From Macrostomum lignano (Eukaryota): a stretch of DNA of 64,000 nt. The notes under the pieces are model-generated. The model was not told the origin of the DNA and did no database searches. It worked only from the letters and a program-made list of their open reading frames with translations. The stretch spans positions 310,001-374,000 of the forward strand of contig NIVC01000426.1 in NCBI GenBank assembly GCA_002269645.1. Direction: 5' to 3'. How positions within the stretch are numbered: the first letter of the stretch is position 1; each line of letters opens with the position of its first letter. Shown in pieces: positions 26,403-39,375 of this stretch. The translations under genes were made by a program, and so were the position numbers.

Positions 26403-27660
26403 TGTGTCAGTAGGTGAAAGTGTTAGTAGGTGAAAGTGTCAGTAGGTGAAAGTGTTAGTAGATAAAAGTGTTAGTAGGTGAAAATGTCAGCAAGTGAAAG
26501 TGTCAGTAGGTGATAGTGTCAGTTAAATGAAAGTGTCAGTAGGTGAAAGTGTTAGTATATGAAAGTGTTAGTAGGTGAAAGTGTTAGTTGGTGAAAGTGT
26601 CAGTAGGTGAAAGTGTTAGTAGATAAAAGTGTCAAGATTCAGTGTCAGTAGATAAAGTGTCAAGATTTAGTGTAAGCAGATAAAGTGTCAAGATTCAGTG
26701 TCAAGATTCAGTGTCAGCAGATAAAGTGTCAAGATTTAGTGTCAGCAGATAAAGTGTCAAGATTTAGTGTCAGTAGATAAAGTGTCAAGATCCAGTGTCA
26801 GTAGATAAGGTGTCAAGATTCAGTGTCAGTAGATAAGTGTCAGATTCAATATTAGTAGATAAAAGAGTCAGAATTCAGTGTCAGTAGGTAAGGTGTCAAG
26901 ATTCAGTGTCAGTAGATAAAGTGTCAAGATTCAGTGTCAGTAGATAAAGTGTCAAGATTCAGTGTCAGTAGATAAAGTGTCAAGATTCAGTGTCAGCAGA
27001 TAAAGTGTCAAGATTCAGTGTCAGTAGATAAGGTGTCAAGATTCAGTGTCAGCAGATAAAGTGTCAAGATTCAGTGTCAGCAGATAAGGTGTCAGGATTC
27101 AGTGTCAGTAGATAAGGTCTCAAGATTCAGTGTCAGTAGATAAGGTGTCAGCATTCAGTGATAGGGGGGCCGTAGCCCAGCGGTAGCGCAGCTGCTCTGG
27201 TGTGCCAGCGACCCAATTCCAAGTGCAGTCACATTAATTTGGGGCTGAATTGGAATCTCGGCTTGGCTCTGCTCGTGCAATTAACGGCCTTGAGAGCCAA
27301 CCCCCCAAGGCGCAGTGAAGTGTACATGCCTAACGATAAAATAAAGTTAGGGCCGCTGTACACTCCTGTGTGAGTGTGTGCCTGCGTACGTATCCGCGCG
27401 CTTGTATACCTGCTCAGGGGAGTCGGCGAAATGGGCAGCAATGCCTCTCGCCGGTTGTGTGCCTGTCGCTTAAAGTGCGCCAGGGTGCACACAACCCCCT
27501 GCCTCTAATAAAAAAAGGTATCAAGATTCAGTGTCAGTAGATAAGGTGTCAGGATTCAGTGTCAGTAGATAAGGTCTCAAGATTCAGTGTCAGGAAACAG
27601 TGTCAGGAAACAGTGTCAGGATTCAGTGTCAGGATTCACTTGTCAGTAGATAAGTGTCAG
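26403..27660. repeat. Compound array: 16-bp (GTGTCAGTAGGTGAAA)n grading into 28-bp (GTGTCAAGATTCAGTGTCAGTAGATAAA)n, interrupted by a SINE
   Basis: Seen directly. Confidence 0.92.
27163..27517 (+). mobile_element. tRNA-derived SINE, family A, copy 1
   Basis: tRNA-like head (GGGGCCGTAGCCCAGCGGTAGCGC), ~100-bp core nearly identical to 34905-35000, A-rich tail. Fragments of the 3' part occur near 3550-3600 and 60815-60900. Confidence 0.8.
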
Positions 27661-28889
27661 AAGCAAGATGTCACGTAAGTTTGGCTCTCATTTCAGCGCA
27701 GAAACCCGACACGAGTAGTGCAGTAATAAACTCTCAAGTACTTCGAAGTGCTTTCGCAAGTACTTTGCGAAAGCAGTCGACGAGAGCAAGATAGTTAGTG
27801 CTCTACTTTTAAAGTTAAATTCGGCCTTCAAATAAACTTTCATAGAAGGCGAGTGTGCTGCATCCTGGTGCAATTGCAACTTTTAATTAGTGGGTGCTTG
27901 GGCCCGCCCCCACCCCCTGACTTACCTACCGGCTGCAACAATGCAATCGCAGTAGAATGGAGCTCGTATCAGTGTATAGTATCAGCTGTTCCGCTTCGAG
28001 AAAAAGTGCCTCAGGCCTATAGGTCGGCAATCGATGCCCGCACCCCACACCCCTCGAGCTCCGTTTTAAAAACTAAGGAGGCCTACTCGCGTTTTCTCCA
28101 ACCCCACGTCGCTGTAATCCTCTCTCCTGCATTCGAGTCCAGCCGCCTCCTAAGCTATCCCCCCATCCAATCGAGTGAAGGCACGCATCGGATATCGATT
28201 GACAATTAGCGACCGGTCTGGGGGCGCCGGAGCCCAAAACCAATCCGGAGCGAACTCGACAGGCGAATCGAAGAGAGAAAAAATATAGAAGCGGCGCAGT
28301 TAATTAAAGACGGGGCCTCTGAGAAAAAAGCGGAAGCGAATGAAAGAAGCTAGGAGCAGCTTGATCAATTAGTTGCCAAGCGGTGCTCAAGCAGAGCTCA
28401 TGCGCAATGCCCGCATGGGATCTGGTTTGATGCATTATAGCCGGTTAGGCTGCTATCTAAATAAGACTCTTGTTTGCATATGGCCAACCGCATCTCTTCA
28501 CGCAGCCGGCGAATCTTGGCCATAACTCGTATATAGCTTGGGTGTAGGATCGATCTGTATTAGAGGCCCAAGTCTATAATCATAGATTTCCTGCCAAGTA
28601 CATTTGGCTTAAATCAGCCACGCAAGACTCCCATGCATGCCTAACGTTTTGCCCAAGGAGGTGGCCGCTCAATTGGGCTCGGCTGAGTTAGCAAGGAAGC
28701 CTGTTAGCTGAGCCCCAGTGCAAACACGAGCCATGCCGGTCGATATTGACTGACATCTCTGGTGGCAGAATCAGCTACGGATTGTCCCTTAGCTAAGGCA
28801 ATAAATCAATTGCATGCAGCTGGAATTGACCAAACCTCTGGCCCAATTGACGCAAAACTTTATTGGCAATCAAAGTTCCTTTTTGAACT

Positions 28890-31800
28890 CTGTCAGAATA
28901 GCTGTCAGAAGCTAAGAATGTCAGTAGCTATGTCAGAATAGCTGTCAGAAGCTAAGAATGTCAGTAGCTATGTCAGAATAGCTGTCAGAAGCTAAGAATG
29001 TCAGTAGCTATGTCAGAATAGCTGTCAGAAGCTAAGAATGTCAGTAGCTATGTCAGAATAGCTGTCAGAAGCTAAGAATGTCAGTAGCTATGTCAGAATA
29101 GCTGTCAGAAGATAAGAATGTCAGTAGCTATGTCAGAATAGCTGTCAGAAGCTAAGAATGTCAGTAGCTATGTCAGAATAGCTCTCAGAAGCTAAGAATG
29201 TCAGTAGCTATGTCAGAATAACTGTCAGAAGCTAAGAATGTCAGTAGCTATGTCAGAATAGCTCTCAGAAGCTAAGAATGTCAGTAGCTATGTCAGAATA
29301 GCTGTCAGAAGCTAAGAATGCCAGTAGCTATGTCAGAATAGCTGTCAGAAGCTAAGAATGTCAGTAGCTATGTCAGAATAGCTGTCAGAAGATAAGAATG
29401 TCAGTAGCTATGTCAGAATAGCTGTCAGAAGCTAAGAATGTCAGTAGCTATGTCAGAATAGCTCTCAGAAGCTAAGAATGTCAGTAGCTATGTCAGAATA
29501 ACTGTCAGAAGCTAAGAATGTCAGTAGCTATGTCAGAATAGCTCTCAGAAGCTAAGAATGTCAGTAGCTATGTCAGAATAGCTGTCAGAAGCTAAGAATG
29601 TCAGTAGCTATGTCAGAATAGCTATCAGAAGCTAAGAACGTCAGTAGCTATGTCAGAATAGCTGTCAGAAGCTAAGAATGTCAGTAGCTATGTCAGAATA
29701 GCTCTCAGAAGCTAAGAATGTCAGTAGCTATGTCAGAATAACTGTCAGAAGCTAAGAATGTCAGTAGCTATGTCAGAATAGCTCTCAGAAGCTAAGAATG
29801 TCAGTAGCTATGTCAGAATAGCTGTCAGAAGCTAAGAATGTCAGTAGCTATGTCAGAATAGCTATCAGAAGCTAAGAATGTCAGTAGCTATGTCAGAATA
29901 ACTGTCAGAAGCTAAGAATGTCAGTAGCTATGTCAGAATAGCTCTCAGAAGCTAAGAATGTCAGTAGCTATGTCAGAATAGCTGTCAGAAGCTAAGAATG
30001 TCAGTAGCTATGTCAGAATAGCTGTCAGAAGCTAAGAATGTCAGTAGCTATGTCAGAATAGCTGTCAGAAGCTAAGAATGTCAGTAGCTATGTCAGAATA
30101 GCTGTCAGAAGATAAGAATGTCAGTAGCTATGTCAGAATAGCTGTCAGAAGCTAAGAATGTCAGTAGCTATGTCAGAATAGCTGTCAGAAGCTAAGAATG
30201 TCAGTAGCTATGTCAGAATAGCTGTCAGAAGCTAAGAATGTCAGTAGCTATGTCAGAATAGCTGTCAGAAGCTAAGAATGTCAGTAGCTATGTCAGAATA
30301 GCTCTCAGAAGCTAAGAATGTCAGTAGCTATGTCAGAATAACTGTCAGAAGCTAAGAATGTCAGTAGCTATGTCAGAATAGCTCTCAGAAGCTAAGAATG
30401 TCAGTAGCTATGTCAGAATAGCTGTCAGAAGCTAAGAATGTCAGTAGCTATGTCAGAATAGCTATCAGAAGCTAAGAACGTCAGTAGCTATGTCAGAATA
30501 GCTGTCAGAAGCTAAGAATGTCAGTAGCTATGTCAGAATAGCTATCAGAAGCTAAGAATGTCAGTAGCTATGTCAGAATAGCTGTCAGAAGCTAAGAATG
30601 TCAGTAGCTATGTCAGAATAGCTCTCAGAAGCTAAGAATGTCAGTAGCTATGTCAGAATAACTGTCAGAAGCTAAGAATGTCAGTAGCTATGTCACAATA
30701 GCTCTCAGAAGCTAAGAATGTCAGTAGCTATGTCAGAATAGCTGTCAGAAGCTAAGAATGTCAGTAGCTATGTCAGAATAGCTGTCAGAAGCTAAGAATG
30801 TCAGTAGCTATGTCAGAATAGCTATCAGAAGCTAAGAACGTCAGTAGCTATGTCAGAATAGCTGTCAGAAGCTAAGAATGTCAGTAGCTATGTCAGAATA
30901 GCTATCAGAAGCTAAGAATGTCAGTAGCTATGTCAGAATAGCTGTCAGAAGCTAAGAATGTCAGTAGCTATGTCAGAATAGCTCTCAGAAGCTAAGAATG
31001 TCAGTAGCTATGTCAGAATAACTGTCAGAAGCTAAGAATGTCAGTAGCTATGTCAGAATAGCTCTCAGAAGCTAAGAATGTCAGTAGCTATGTCAGAATA
31101 GCTGTCAGAAGCTAAGAATGTCAGTAGCTATGTCAGAATAGCTATCAGAAGCTAAGAATGTCAGTAGCTATGTCAGAATAACTGTCAGAAGCTAAGAATG
31201 TCAGTAGCTATGTCAGAATAGCTCTCAGAAGCTAAGAATGTCAGTAGCTATGTAAGAATAGCTGTCAGAAGCTAAGAACGTCAGTAGCTATGTAAGAATA
31301 GCTGTCAGAAGCTAAGAACGTCAGTAGCTATGTAAGAATGGCTGTCAGAAGCTAAGAACGTCAGTAGCTATGTAAGAATAGCTGTCAGAAGCTAAGAATG
31401 TCAGTAGCTATGTAAGAATAGCTGTCAGAAGCTAAGAACGTCAGTAGCTATGTAAGAATGGCTGTCAGAAGCTAAGAACGTCAGTAGCTATGTCAGAATA
31501 GCTGTCAGAAGCTAAGAACGTCAGTAGCTATGTAAGAATAGCTATCAGAAGCTAAGAACGTCAGTAGCTATGTCAGAATAGCTGTCAGAAGCTAAGAACG
31601 TCAGTAGCTATGTCAGAATAGCTCTCAGAAGCTAAGAATGTCAGTAGCTATGTCAGAATAGCTGTCAGAAGCTAAGAACGTCAGTAGCTATGTCAGAATA
31701 GCTGTCAGAAGCTAAGAATGTCAGTAGCTATGTCAGAATAGCTGTCAGAAGCTAAGAATGTCAGTAGCTATGTCAGAATAGCTGTCAGAAGCTAAGAACG

Positions 31801-31994
31801 TCAGTAGCTATGTCAGAATAGCTGTCAGAAGCTAAGAATGTCAGTAGCTATGTCAGAATAGCTGTCAGAAGCTAAGAACGTCAGTAGCTATGTCAGAATA
31901 GCTGTCAGAAGCTAAGAATGTCAGTAGCTATGTCAGAATAGCTGTCAGAAGCTAAGAACGTCAGTAGCTATGTCAGAATAGCTGTCAGAAGCTA
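28890..31994. repeat. 3.1-kb satellite, 40-bp unit (GTCAGAAGCTAAGAATGTCAGTAGCTATGTCAGAATAGCT)n, ~77 copies
   Basis: Seen directly. Confidence 0.98.
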
Positions 31995-32735
31995 GGTCTG
32001 TCAGGACCGTCAAAAAACAGTCAAAAAATAACTTTCAATAACTGACGAGAGTTTTGTATTAACAGAATGTGCAGTAGATAGGTACAACGAAATAATTTAT
32101 CAAGTCACATTTAATTTATCAGTTAGCAAGGTCTACAACAGTATTTTAACATACTTATTTAAAAGCTGATAATGTACATGATGGCTAAAAACAGAGTCAG
32201 GTTACTGCAAATACTTTGCATGGTTTCTACACCTTAACAGCTGAAAAAATCCAAGAAAAAAGGAGCTTGGGTTAAACTAGGCATTTAAAACATACGCTCG
32301 TACTGCTACTTATAAAGTAGCAAGTAGTAAAAGCAACGCAAAAATGCAATTACACGAATAAATTAATGAGTTTATTTTGTAGTTCACTTCCTGCCGGCAG
32401 TGGCAGCCTGTTCAATCAGAGGCTCCCTCTTGTAGGCAGCTGGCTGCTTGGCTCGCTGCTGTTGCTGGGCGGTCACGGCCGCCGCCCGGTCCGCCGCGAA
32501 CCGAATTCGATCAGACGGGGAGCGGGGAAATTTGGCGACGGTCCACGCCGTCGAGTCTGTCGCGTCGAGGACGAATAGCCGATAGATTGGACGAAGCCGC
32601 GGCAATATTTCGCTGAGTTATTGTTGAGGAGCGGTTGATGCGTTCGATTCAATTTCTAAGAAATGGCAGTTATTTACTAACATTCTCTTTCAATCTTTCA
32701 CAATGTTTTATTTACAAACTTTTGTGTGCAATAAA

Positions 32736-33782
32736 TTAACAGTAGGAATACCAAGCCATTTTTCCGCCCGTCGAACTACCAAGGGGGGGGGATTTCCCCC
32801 CCCCCCCCTGACAATTTTTTTTGCTGCGCCGGAACGGAGCAACGCAGGCACACGAAATTCAAGAACACGGGCTAACTTTTTGTTGCGCACCTTCTCAAAC
32901 AAGAATCAAGTCGCCAGCCCTTCGGACCGTCGAGATATTCGACGATTCTGCCAGAAGGTCGGATTTTTCCCATAAGCGCTAGTGTATTCAGTACACCCCT
33001 GTGCGCCAATTAGCACTGCGCCTCAGTGCAGCCTTGCCAAGTCTCCAAATTTCATCAGCACGTCGACCACATGTGTCTGCATCAGTTCTGACTTCGTTGG
33101 TCACTAGCCTTCACCCAGGTGGAGCTTCTGGACCCTCAACAGCTGTGGCACCAGGTGACTATGGACACCCTGATGCGGATTTCTCTAGTTTCGCCGATCA
33201 AGCCTCGACAGTGGGCAAGAATCAACCGTCAGACGTTCTCAGTTAGTCTCTCAAGCATTCTGTCATCATCCCGACGCCGTCGGCTCCTTCAACAGATTAC
33301 ACCAGGTGACTATGGACATCCTTTCTTATTCAGATTTTTCTTATCAAGCTTCAATAATGGGCAAACCTCAACCGACGGACATTGTCAGCTAGTCTCTCGA
33401 GCATTCCGTCATCACCCCGATGCCGTCGGCACCTTCAACAAATGACACCAGATGACTATGGACACCCTGATGCTGATTTCTCTAGTTTCGCCGATCAAGC
33501 CTCGGCAGTGGGCAAAAATCAACTGCTGGACATCCTCAGCTAATCTCTCGAGCATTCCGTCATCACCCCGACGCCGTCGGCACCTTCAACAGCTGTGGCA
33601 CCAGGTGACTATGAACAGCCTGATAAGAATTTCTTTAGTTTCGCTGATCAAGCCTCGACAGTGGGCAAAAATCAACTGCTGGACATCCTCAGCTAGTCAG
33701 TCAAGCATTCAGCCATCACCCCGACGCCGTCGGCACCTTCAACAGGTGGCACCCCCCCCCCTCTTGGTAGTTCTACTGTTAA
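32736..33782. mobile_element. Non-autonomous TIR DNA transposon flanked by TTAA (piggyBac/Kolobok-like), carrying four ~150-bp internal repeats
   Basis: TTAA-CAGTAGGAATACCAAG at 32736-32755 and CTTGGTAGTTCTACTG-TTAA at 33763-33782 (14/16 inverted match); sub-terminal G-run and C-run mirror each other. Confidence 0.75.
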
Positions 33783-33799
33783 ATTGCTAGAATTTATTC

Positions 33800-34035
33800 T
33801 TGTTGCTAATCTAGCCAATATGCACATGGATTGCTATTTGCTAATCTAGCCAGTATGCATATGGATTGCTAATCTAGCCAATATGCATATGGATTGCTAA
33901 TCTAGCCAGAACGCATATGGATTGCTAATCTAGCCAATATGCATATGGATTGCTAATCTAGCCAGAACGCATATGGATTAATAATCTATCCAGTATGCAT
34001 ATGGATTGGTAATCTAGCCAATATACATATGGACT
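33800..34035. repeat. 28-bp minisatellite (TGCTAATCTAGCCAATATGCATATGGAT)n, ~8 copies
   Basis: Seen directly. Confidence 0.92.
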
Positions 34036-34082
34036 GGTCTTGGACTTTAAAAGTACAATAGGTACTTTCGCTAAAAATGAAG

Positions 34083-34745
34083 TCAATCCTCACCTGACGG
34101 TCCGCCAATGATTTCCTGAGCTCGAATCCGACATGCTAACCGGCCAGCAATGGCCGATCGGCCGCAGACAAACCGGACAGAGTCCAACGGCCTCGGCGCG
34201 TCCTCGTCGGGGCCGGGCAGGTAGGCGGCCGGATCGAAGCTGCCATCGGGCGGGGCAGCGGTAGTTGGCAGCAGCCAGGTGAGCACGCAATAGCCAGTTA
34301 GGTACTGATCCTGCAGCAGGCCGCGCAGCAGAGCATAGTAAGCCACCCCCTGGGACTGTTTGTCCCTCAGCTGGACAACATCGCCAATGGCATAGCGGAC
34401 GCCGGATTGGACTAAACTGTCCGAGCCGACCGGCGCTACGCAGGCCGGCCCGGATTTCATCGCCCGGATGGCCGATTCTGCGGCCGCGGCGGCTGCAGCA
34501 GCTGCAACGGTGGCCTCTGCCGAATCCGACGCCGCCTGGTGCCTGCCGCCGGCGCCCCGGCCAGCCGCCGACTTTGGACTCTGCTGGATGGCGGCTGGAG
34601 CCAGCTCGGCTAGAGCCATCCGGTACTTATACGGCTCCTTGCGCACCCGGGAAGTTCGACGCAGTGGCGACAGGCTGGTTGAAGTCGGACTCGCGACGGC
34701 AGCGGCATCTTTTTTATCATTGCCAGCTTCCAACTCGCCAACCAT
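34083..34745 (-). CDS. GATAD1: GATAD1/ODAG-like chromatin protein (C-terminal conserved domain; no GATA finger visible)
   Basis: YAIGDVVQLRD...YYALLRGLLQDQY...LTWLLPT...FDPAAYLPGPDEDAPRPLDSVRFVC closely matches the GATAD1 C-terminal domain as recalled. A possible donor at 34093 could link to a last exon beginning at 32655. Confidence 0.8.
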   Translation of the reverse strand: MVGELEAGNDKKDAAAVASPTSTSLSPLRRTSRVRKEPYKYRMALAELAPAAIQQSPKSAAGRGAGGRHQAASDSAEATVAAAAAAAAAESAIRAMKSGPACVAPVGSDSLVQSGVRYAIGDVVQLRDKQSQGVAYYALLRGLLQDQYLTGYCVLTWLLPTTAAPPDGSFDPAAYLPGPDEDAPRPLDSVRFVCGRSAIAGRLACRIRAQEIIGGPSGED

Positions 34746-34839
34746 AGCTTTGCACTCAAGGTAAGCATGAGTAGAATGAGCAGTTTAATACTTAGGTACC
34801 TGCTAGGTTTGTCTGTGTCATAGGTGTGTGCCATGACAG

Positions 34840-35168
34840 AGGGGTCCTAGTCTAGTGGTCTGGCGCTGCACTCTGATGTGCCAGCGGCCCAGGCTCGATT
34901 CCAAGTGCAGTCACATTAATTTGGGGCTGAATTGGAATCTCGGCTTGGCTCTGCTCGTGCAATTAACGGCCTTGATGGCCAACCCTCAAGGTACAGTAAA
35001 GTGTACATGCCTAACAGTAAACACTGTGCATGTTTACTTGTGCACATGACTGCATATGTATCTGCACACTTGTGTGACTGCTCAGGGAAGTTGGCAGAAT
35101 TGTGTGACAATTTTGCTTAACATGCACCAGCACCAGAATGCATGCAGACTCTGTCTTTAATTAAAAAA
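34840..35168 (+). mobile_element. tRNA-derived SINE, family A, copy 2 (3' half CpG-decayed)
   Basis: A-box-like TAGTCTAGTGG and B-box-like GGCTCGATTCC; core shared with copy 1 at 27163; A-rich end. Confidence 0.8.
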
Positions 35169-38100
35169 TCAAAGAAGACATATCAAATTAAATTTTGGCA
35201 TTCTAAATTTGGACCCCAGATGCCAAAATTTGACTTAAATTAGATATAAATTTGAGTTTAATCAAAGGGAAATATCATCCCTAACCTTAGCTTTTACACT
35301 TTGTATCTGGCTTAACTCATCTTTTGATCTTATTGTGGGCATGCTCTATAAAGCTTCAATTGTCTACAATACTTGGGTCAACTGATTAAAAAACCTACTG
35401 ACTAACCTCTATTGAACCTACTTAACCTCTATTGGCAATTGCTATAAAGATTTCAATGAAGCCACTCTAGTCTTGCCTTTCTATGGCCATCCCAAATAGG
35501 CTCTCAAGAACAAAAAGTATAAATTATTTTGCTTAACACAAAATCAAAATGGTCTTTTTTGTACTACTAAGTTGTCTAAAATCTTAAATTCCCCCTTTTG
35601 CTCTATATCTATATGTTAATGTTGCTGATTAATTCAATTGCACAGATGACCAATGTCTCTAAAGTAAGAAAAACAAAAAGATAGCCTATATATAATAACA
35701 TTGGCTTAAACCTAATGCCATTCAAAGATACTTTTATAACTTAATACTTATACTCACTGTAAAAAACCTATTGATTGCTTAAAATCCTTAATAAATGTCA
35801 ATATGACTTTAAAATCATTAATCCTTAAGATTATTACACATTAAAGCTAAATCACATAGTCCTAATACATAGCTTACATATAATGGTATGGCATTAGTCA
35901 TGATCTTTGCATATTCTAAGAAGGTAAACTCACTATATTTTTATATTTGCTTTTCTTATTAATGTGATACCTAAATATTTTATTAAAATTAGGGTAAATT
36001 TTAAATTAGTTTCCTTTTTAGAAGTTGCTAAATAATAAATATGTATCTAGTATATTTCAACTTTCTCTATTGACAAGGCAAATATGACATATTTTTGTGA
36101 GGCAACATTTAGTATATGGTATTTGACACAATATAACCCTAAAACATGTGTAAATATTTTTCTTTTTCTAATAATCTAGTTTTAACTTCATTTCCCCCTT
36201 TTTATTGTCTCTTTTTTGTTTTTTCCTTTTTCCTTAATATTTTGTTGCCTTTTCTATTTCTTGGTTCTGGAAAGAACTAGGCCTAATTTTGCAACTTACT
36301 TTGGCTAGCAACTTTTTAAAGAATTTTCAAATTTTCAATATATGTATGTATGTATGTCAAGAAAAGCTTTTATCAATTTTTTGACAATTGATATAATATT
36401 TTGTCAAAATGACTTTTTACTAAAAATGACTAGGTTAGGTAGGCCTACTATAATGATACAAAGTAACATTACCAAAATCAAATTCTGAAAATTACTAAAA
36501 ATCTATAATTAACTAGAGGGTAAGCCTTTTTTAAAAGAAAAAAAGCAGAAACTTCTGTGTGAATAAAGTAATTATTATTTATCTGGTAATACCAAGTAGA
36601 TAATATTTATATATTTGCTTGGAAGTTAAAATTAAAGTTAACTTTAATTAAAGTTAAAGTTAAAAAGTAACTGGTACTTTAAAAAGTTGTTGGTCCTTTT
36701 TAACTTTAAAGAGCCACCATTATAAAAGTCAATTTTCAGATATTGATTCTTTCTCTTTGCAAGTATTTATAGAGATAATTTTTGTCCAATAGGTATAGAT
36801 ATCATATAGGTATCACAATGAATAGAATACTTTAGGAGACTTTTTTGTGTGGGTTATTCTTGTTGCCCTACTACAAATAATTCCTGTAGTATTATGCTAG
36901 AGTTTTATAGCAGCTATACTTTTATAGTAGTGTAGTGTAAGTATACTTTTGTACACTGCTAACTCATTTAAATCAATGATAATCTTCTGGCAGCCTTGGA
37001 AATACCAGTTGACAAATAAGAAAAAAATGCTTGGACAACAAATGGCTGGAATTTGACAAACAGACCAATGTACAAGACTTTAAATAACTTAATGTTTCAC
37101 AATTCACAAATGTAGCTTCTTAATATATTGCTAGTAGTCTTACCAATAATTACTTCATTCTATGATTATATAATGCTTAAAATGTGGTTTAACTTAAAAA
37201 TTAAAACTACCTGATCTAGGAATCTAGGATCACCTCTTTTCACCTTTTTATTAATGTGCTACAAATATTTTAGTGAATTTTTTGTGCTTTTGAGAAATAT
37301 TTATTCACTAGTATTAAATTGGCCATTTGACACCTAAAATTTCATTTTCAAGTACCAGAGGACCAGACTTATCAAAAAGTAACTTTCTGTTACCCAAGTC
37401 TAGCATTCTAAAAAAGGAACTGGAAAAAGTACCACTTCAAAAAAGTAACTTTGTGTCAAAAGTATACATGCGCAACAGTCGGCCAAGTTGGCTGATCCAG
37501 CTGACTGATTTGGTGGCCAACCAAGGTAAGTCACAAAAATGCCCACCCAAATAAATACTATAGTAGTACTAAGTAGATAATGAGGCATTTTGCCTTAAAC
37601 AGACAGTCATAGTTACTTCTGCTGTTTACCCAAAGTTGCATTAATTTTGCTTTAGGGTTTCTTTTACATGTAAGTCACATTTTGGCCAAAAACTGTCACA
37701 TTTTTTGTTAAAACTAAATTGCATGGCTAACCAAATTTTGGAGGTTGTGCAAAAATGGCTAGAAGCACCAGAACTTTGCCCAACACTGAATATAATTAGG
37801 TCTAGTTAGGGATTTATTTGGTATTTTGCTATCTCAGGATCCCAGGATTTAATCTCTGAATTTTGGCTAATCCTAAGATTCATTCTTGAAAGTAGAAAAA
37901 ATACTGATTTTTAAGCTGCCAGGTTGAAATTTTAAGGCAAAATGTGTGCTAAACATTTTTTGCCTCTTTTTTGATTGTTATAGATTTAATGATATATTTG
38001 TAAATGAAAAATAACATTATCTTATGATATATTTAAGTAAGTAATTACTTAAATGACTTAAATGACTATAAGTATAAAAGTATTAATTAGATATAAAGAT

Positions 38101-39089
38101 AGCAAATCAAATATCAAAATTTTAAGTGGAATAAATTTGATACTTAAATTCCTAATGCTGGGATTAAAAAGATACTATGCAATATGAGGCAATTAATAGA
38201 AATTAGTGCATTATAATAAATAATAACTAGTCATTTTGCCTATAAACCATTCTGGCCATGGATACTTTATCCCCATGCTTTTATTTTCAATTTGGGTGAC
38301 AAATCTTATTCTTTTAGTATTTCTGGCTTTAGGCCTACCTTGCTATAACCGAAACCTTTTTTCACCTTTTGATTATTCAAATTGGCTTTTAATTATCACA
38401 CTTTTGAAAAGAATGACTTTTTAAAAACTTGTAATAATTCACAATTGCAATAAACAAAATTGCAATAAGACAATTGTTATAGCAACAATTTAGATCATAT
38501 TTTTCATACAATAAAACGAAAAATTATTGAAAAAGACAATAAAGATACATATACGGCTGTATCTCAATATTACATAATCATCATTTTTGCTAAAACACCT
38601 ATAGCCAAACTGGTTTATGGGCAAAATAGACTATGGGCAAAATAGTCTAGGGATGAAATATCCATAGCCAAAACAACTGGAATTCTAATAAACTAGTTGT
38701 AAGCCTAACTATGTTCATATTACAACACTTTAAAAATAACTTGAAATAAAATAGAAAAAAATTGTCTTAGCATCCTGGGATTGCAATCCCTACTAGGCCT
38801 AGTATTTCTTTAGAATGTTTATAACTTATAAGAACGAAGAACCTATGAAAAAGAAACTTCCCTAGCCTAAGTGTAATAAATGAGATTTATTTTAGTCACG
38901 TGACTGCTCTCAGCCAATAGCAACTTACATGTGTGTGTTGCCAATAGAAACGGCTGGGTGATTCCCAAAGTTGCACATGTATGAATATATTAGGGCTTAG
39001 AGATGCTAATATGAACAATTGTATTGTAATACATAAAACTAAAGAAAGCATCTAATGCTAGACAAAAACAATAAAATACTATTCATCCC

Positions 39090-39375
39090 GGCAATGGCTA
39101 GAGTTCCGGCATCGGAACCCATTTTCTAATGGCTACGGATCCGGCAGTGCCATTATAATATAGATGGAATATTATATTTTTCTTTCTACATGTGGCTGAT
39201 ATTGAGATTTTGTTCTAGATTAAAATTTAAGACAATATGATAAGATTCGGGACGAGATGCTTCTAATATCCAGACTTAGATATGTTCTTAGCAGTCTTTA
39301 CATGCTTCTATATGGCACTGCCAGATCCCTAGCTGTTAGAAAACAGGTTCCGGTGCCGGAACTCTAGCCATTACC
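39090..39375. mobile_element. Mutator (MULE)-type MITE, ~65-bp TIRs, 9-bp TSD
   Basis: Left arm GGCAATGGCTAGAGTTCCGGCATCGGAACC is inverted at the right end; flanks are ATTCATCCC and ACTCATCCC (8/9 identical). Confidence 0.8.

Noticed and set aside
32618-33700. Genome-wide reassignment of TAA/TAG to Gln
   Set aside because: The CUB, GPCR and annexin genes end at TAA in the expected positions.
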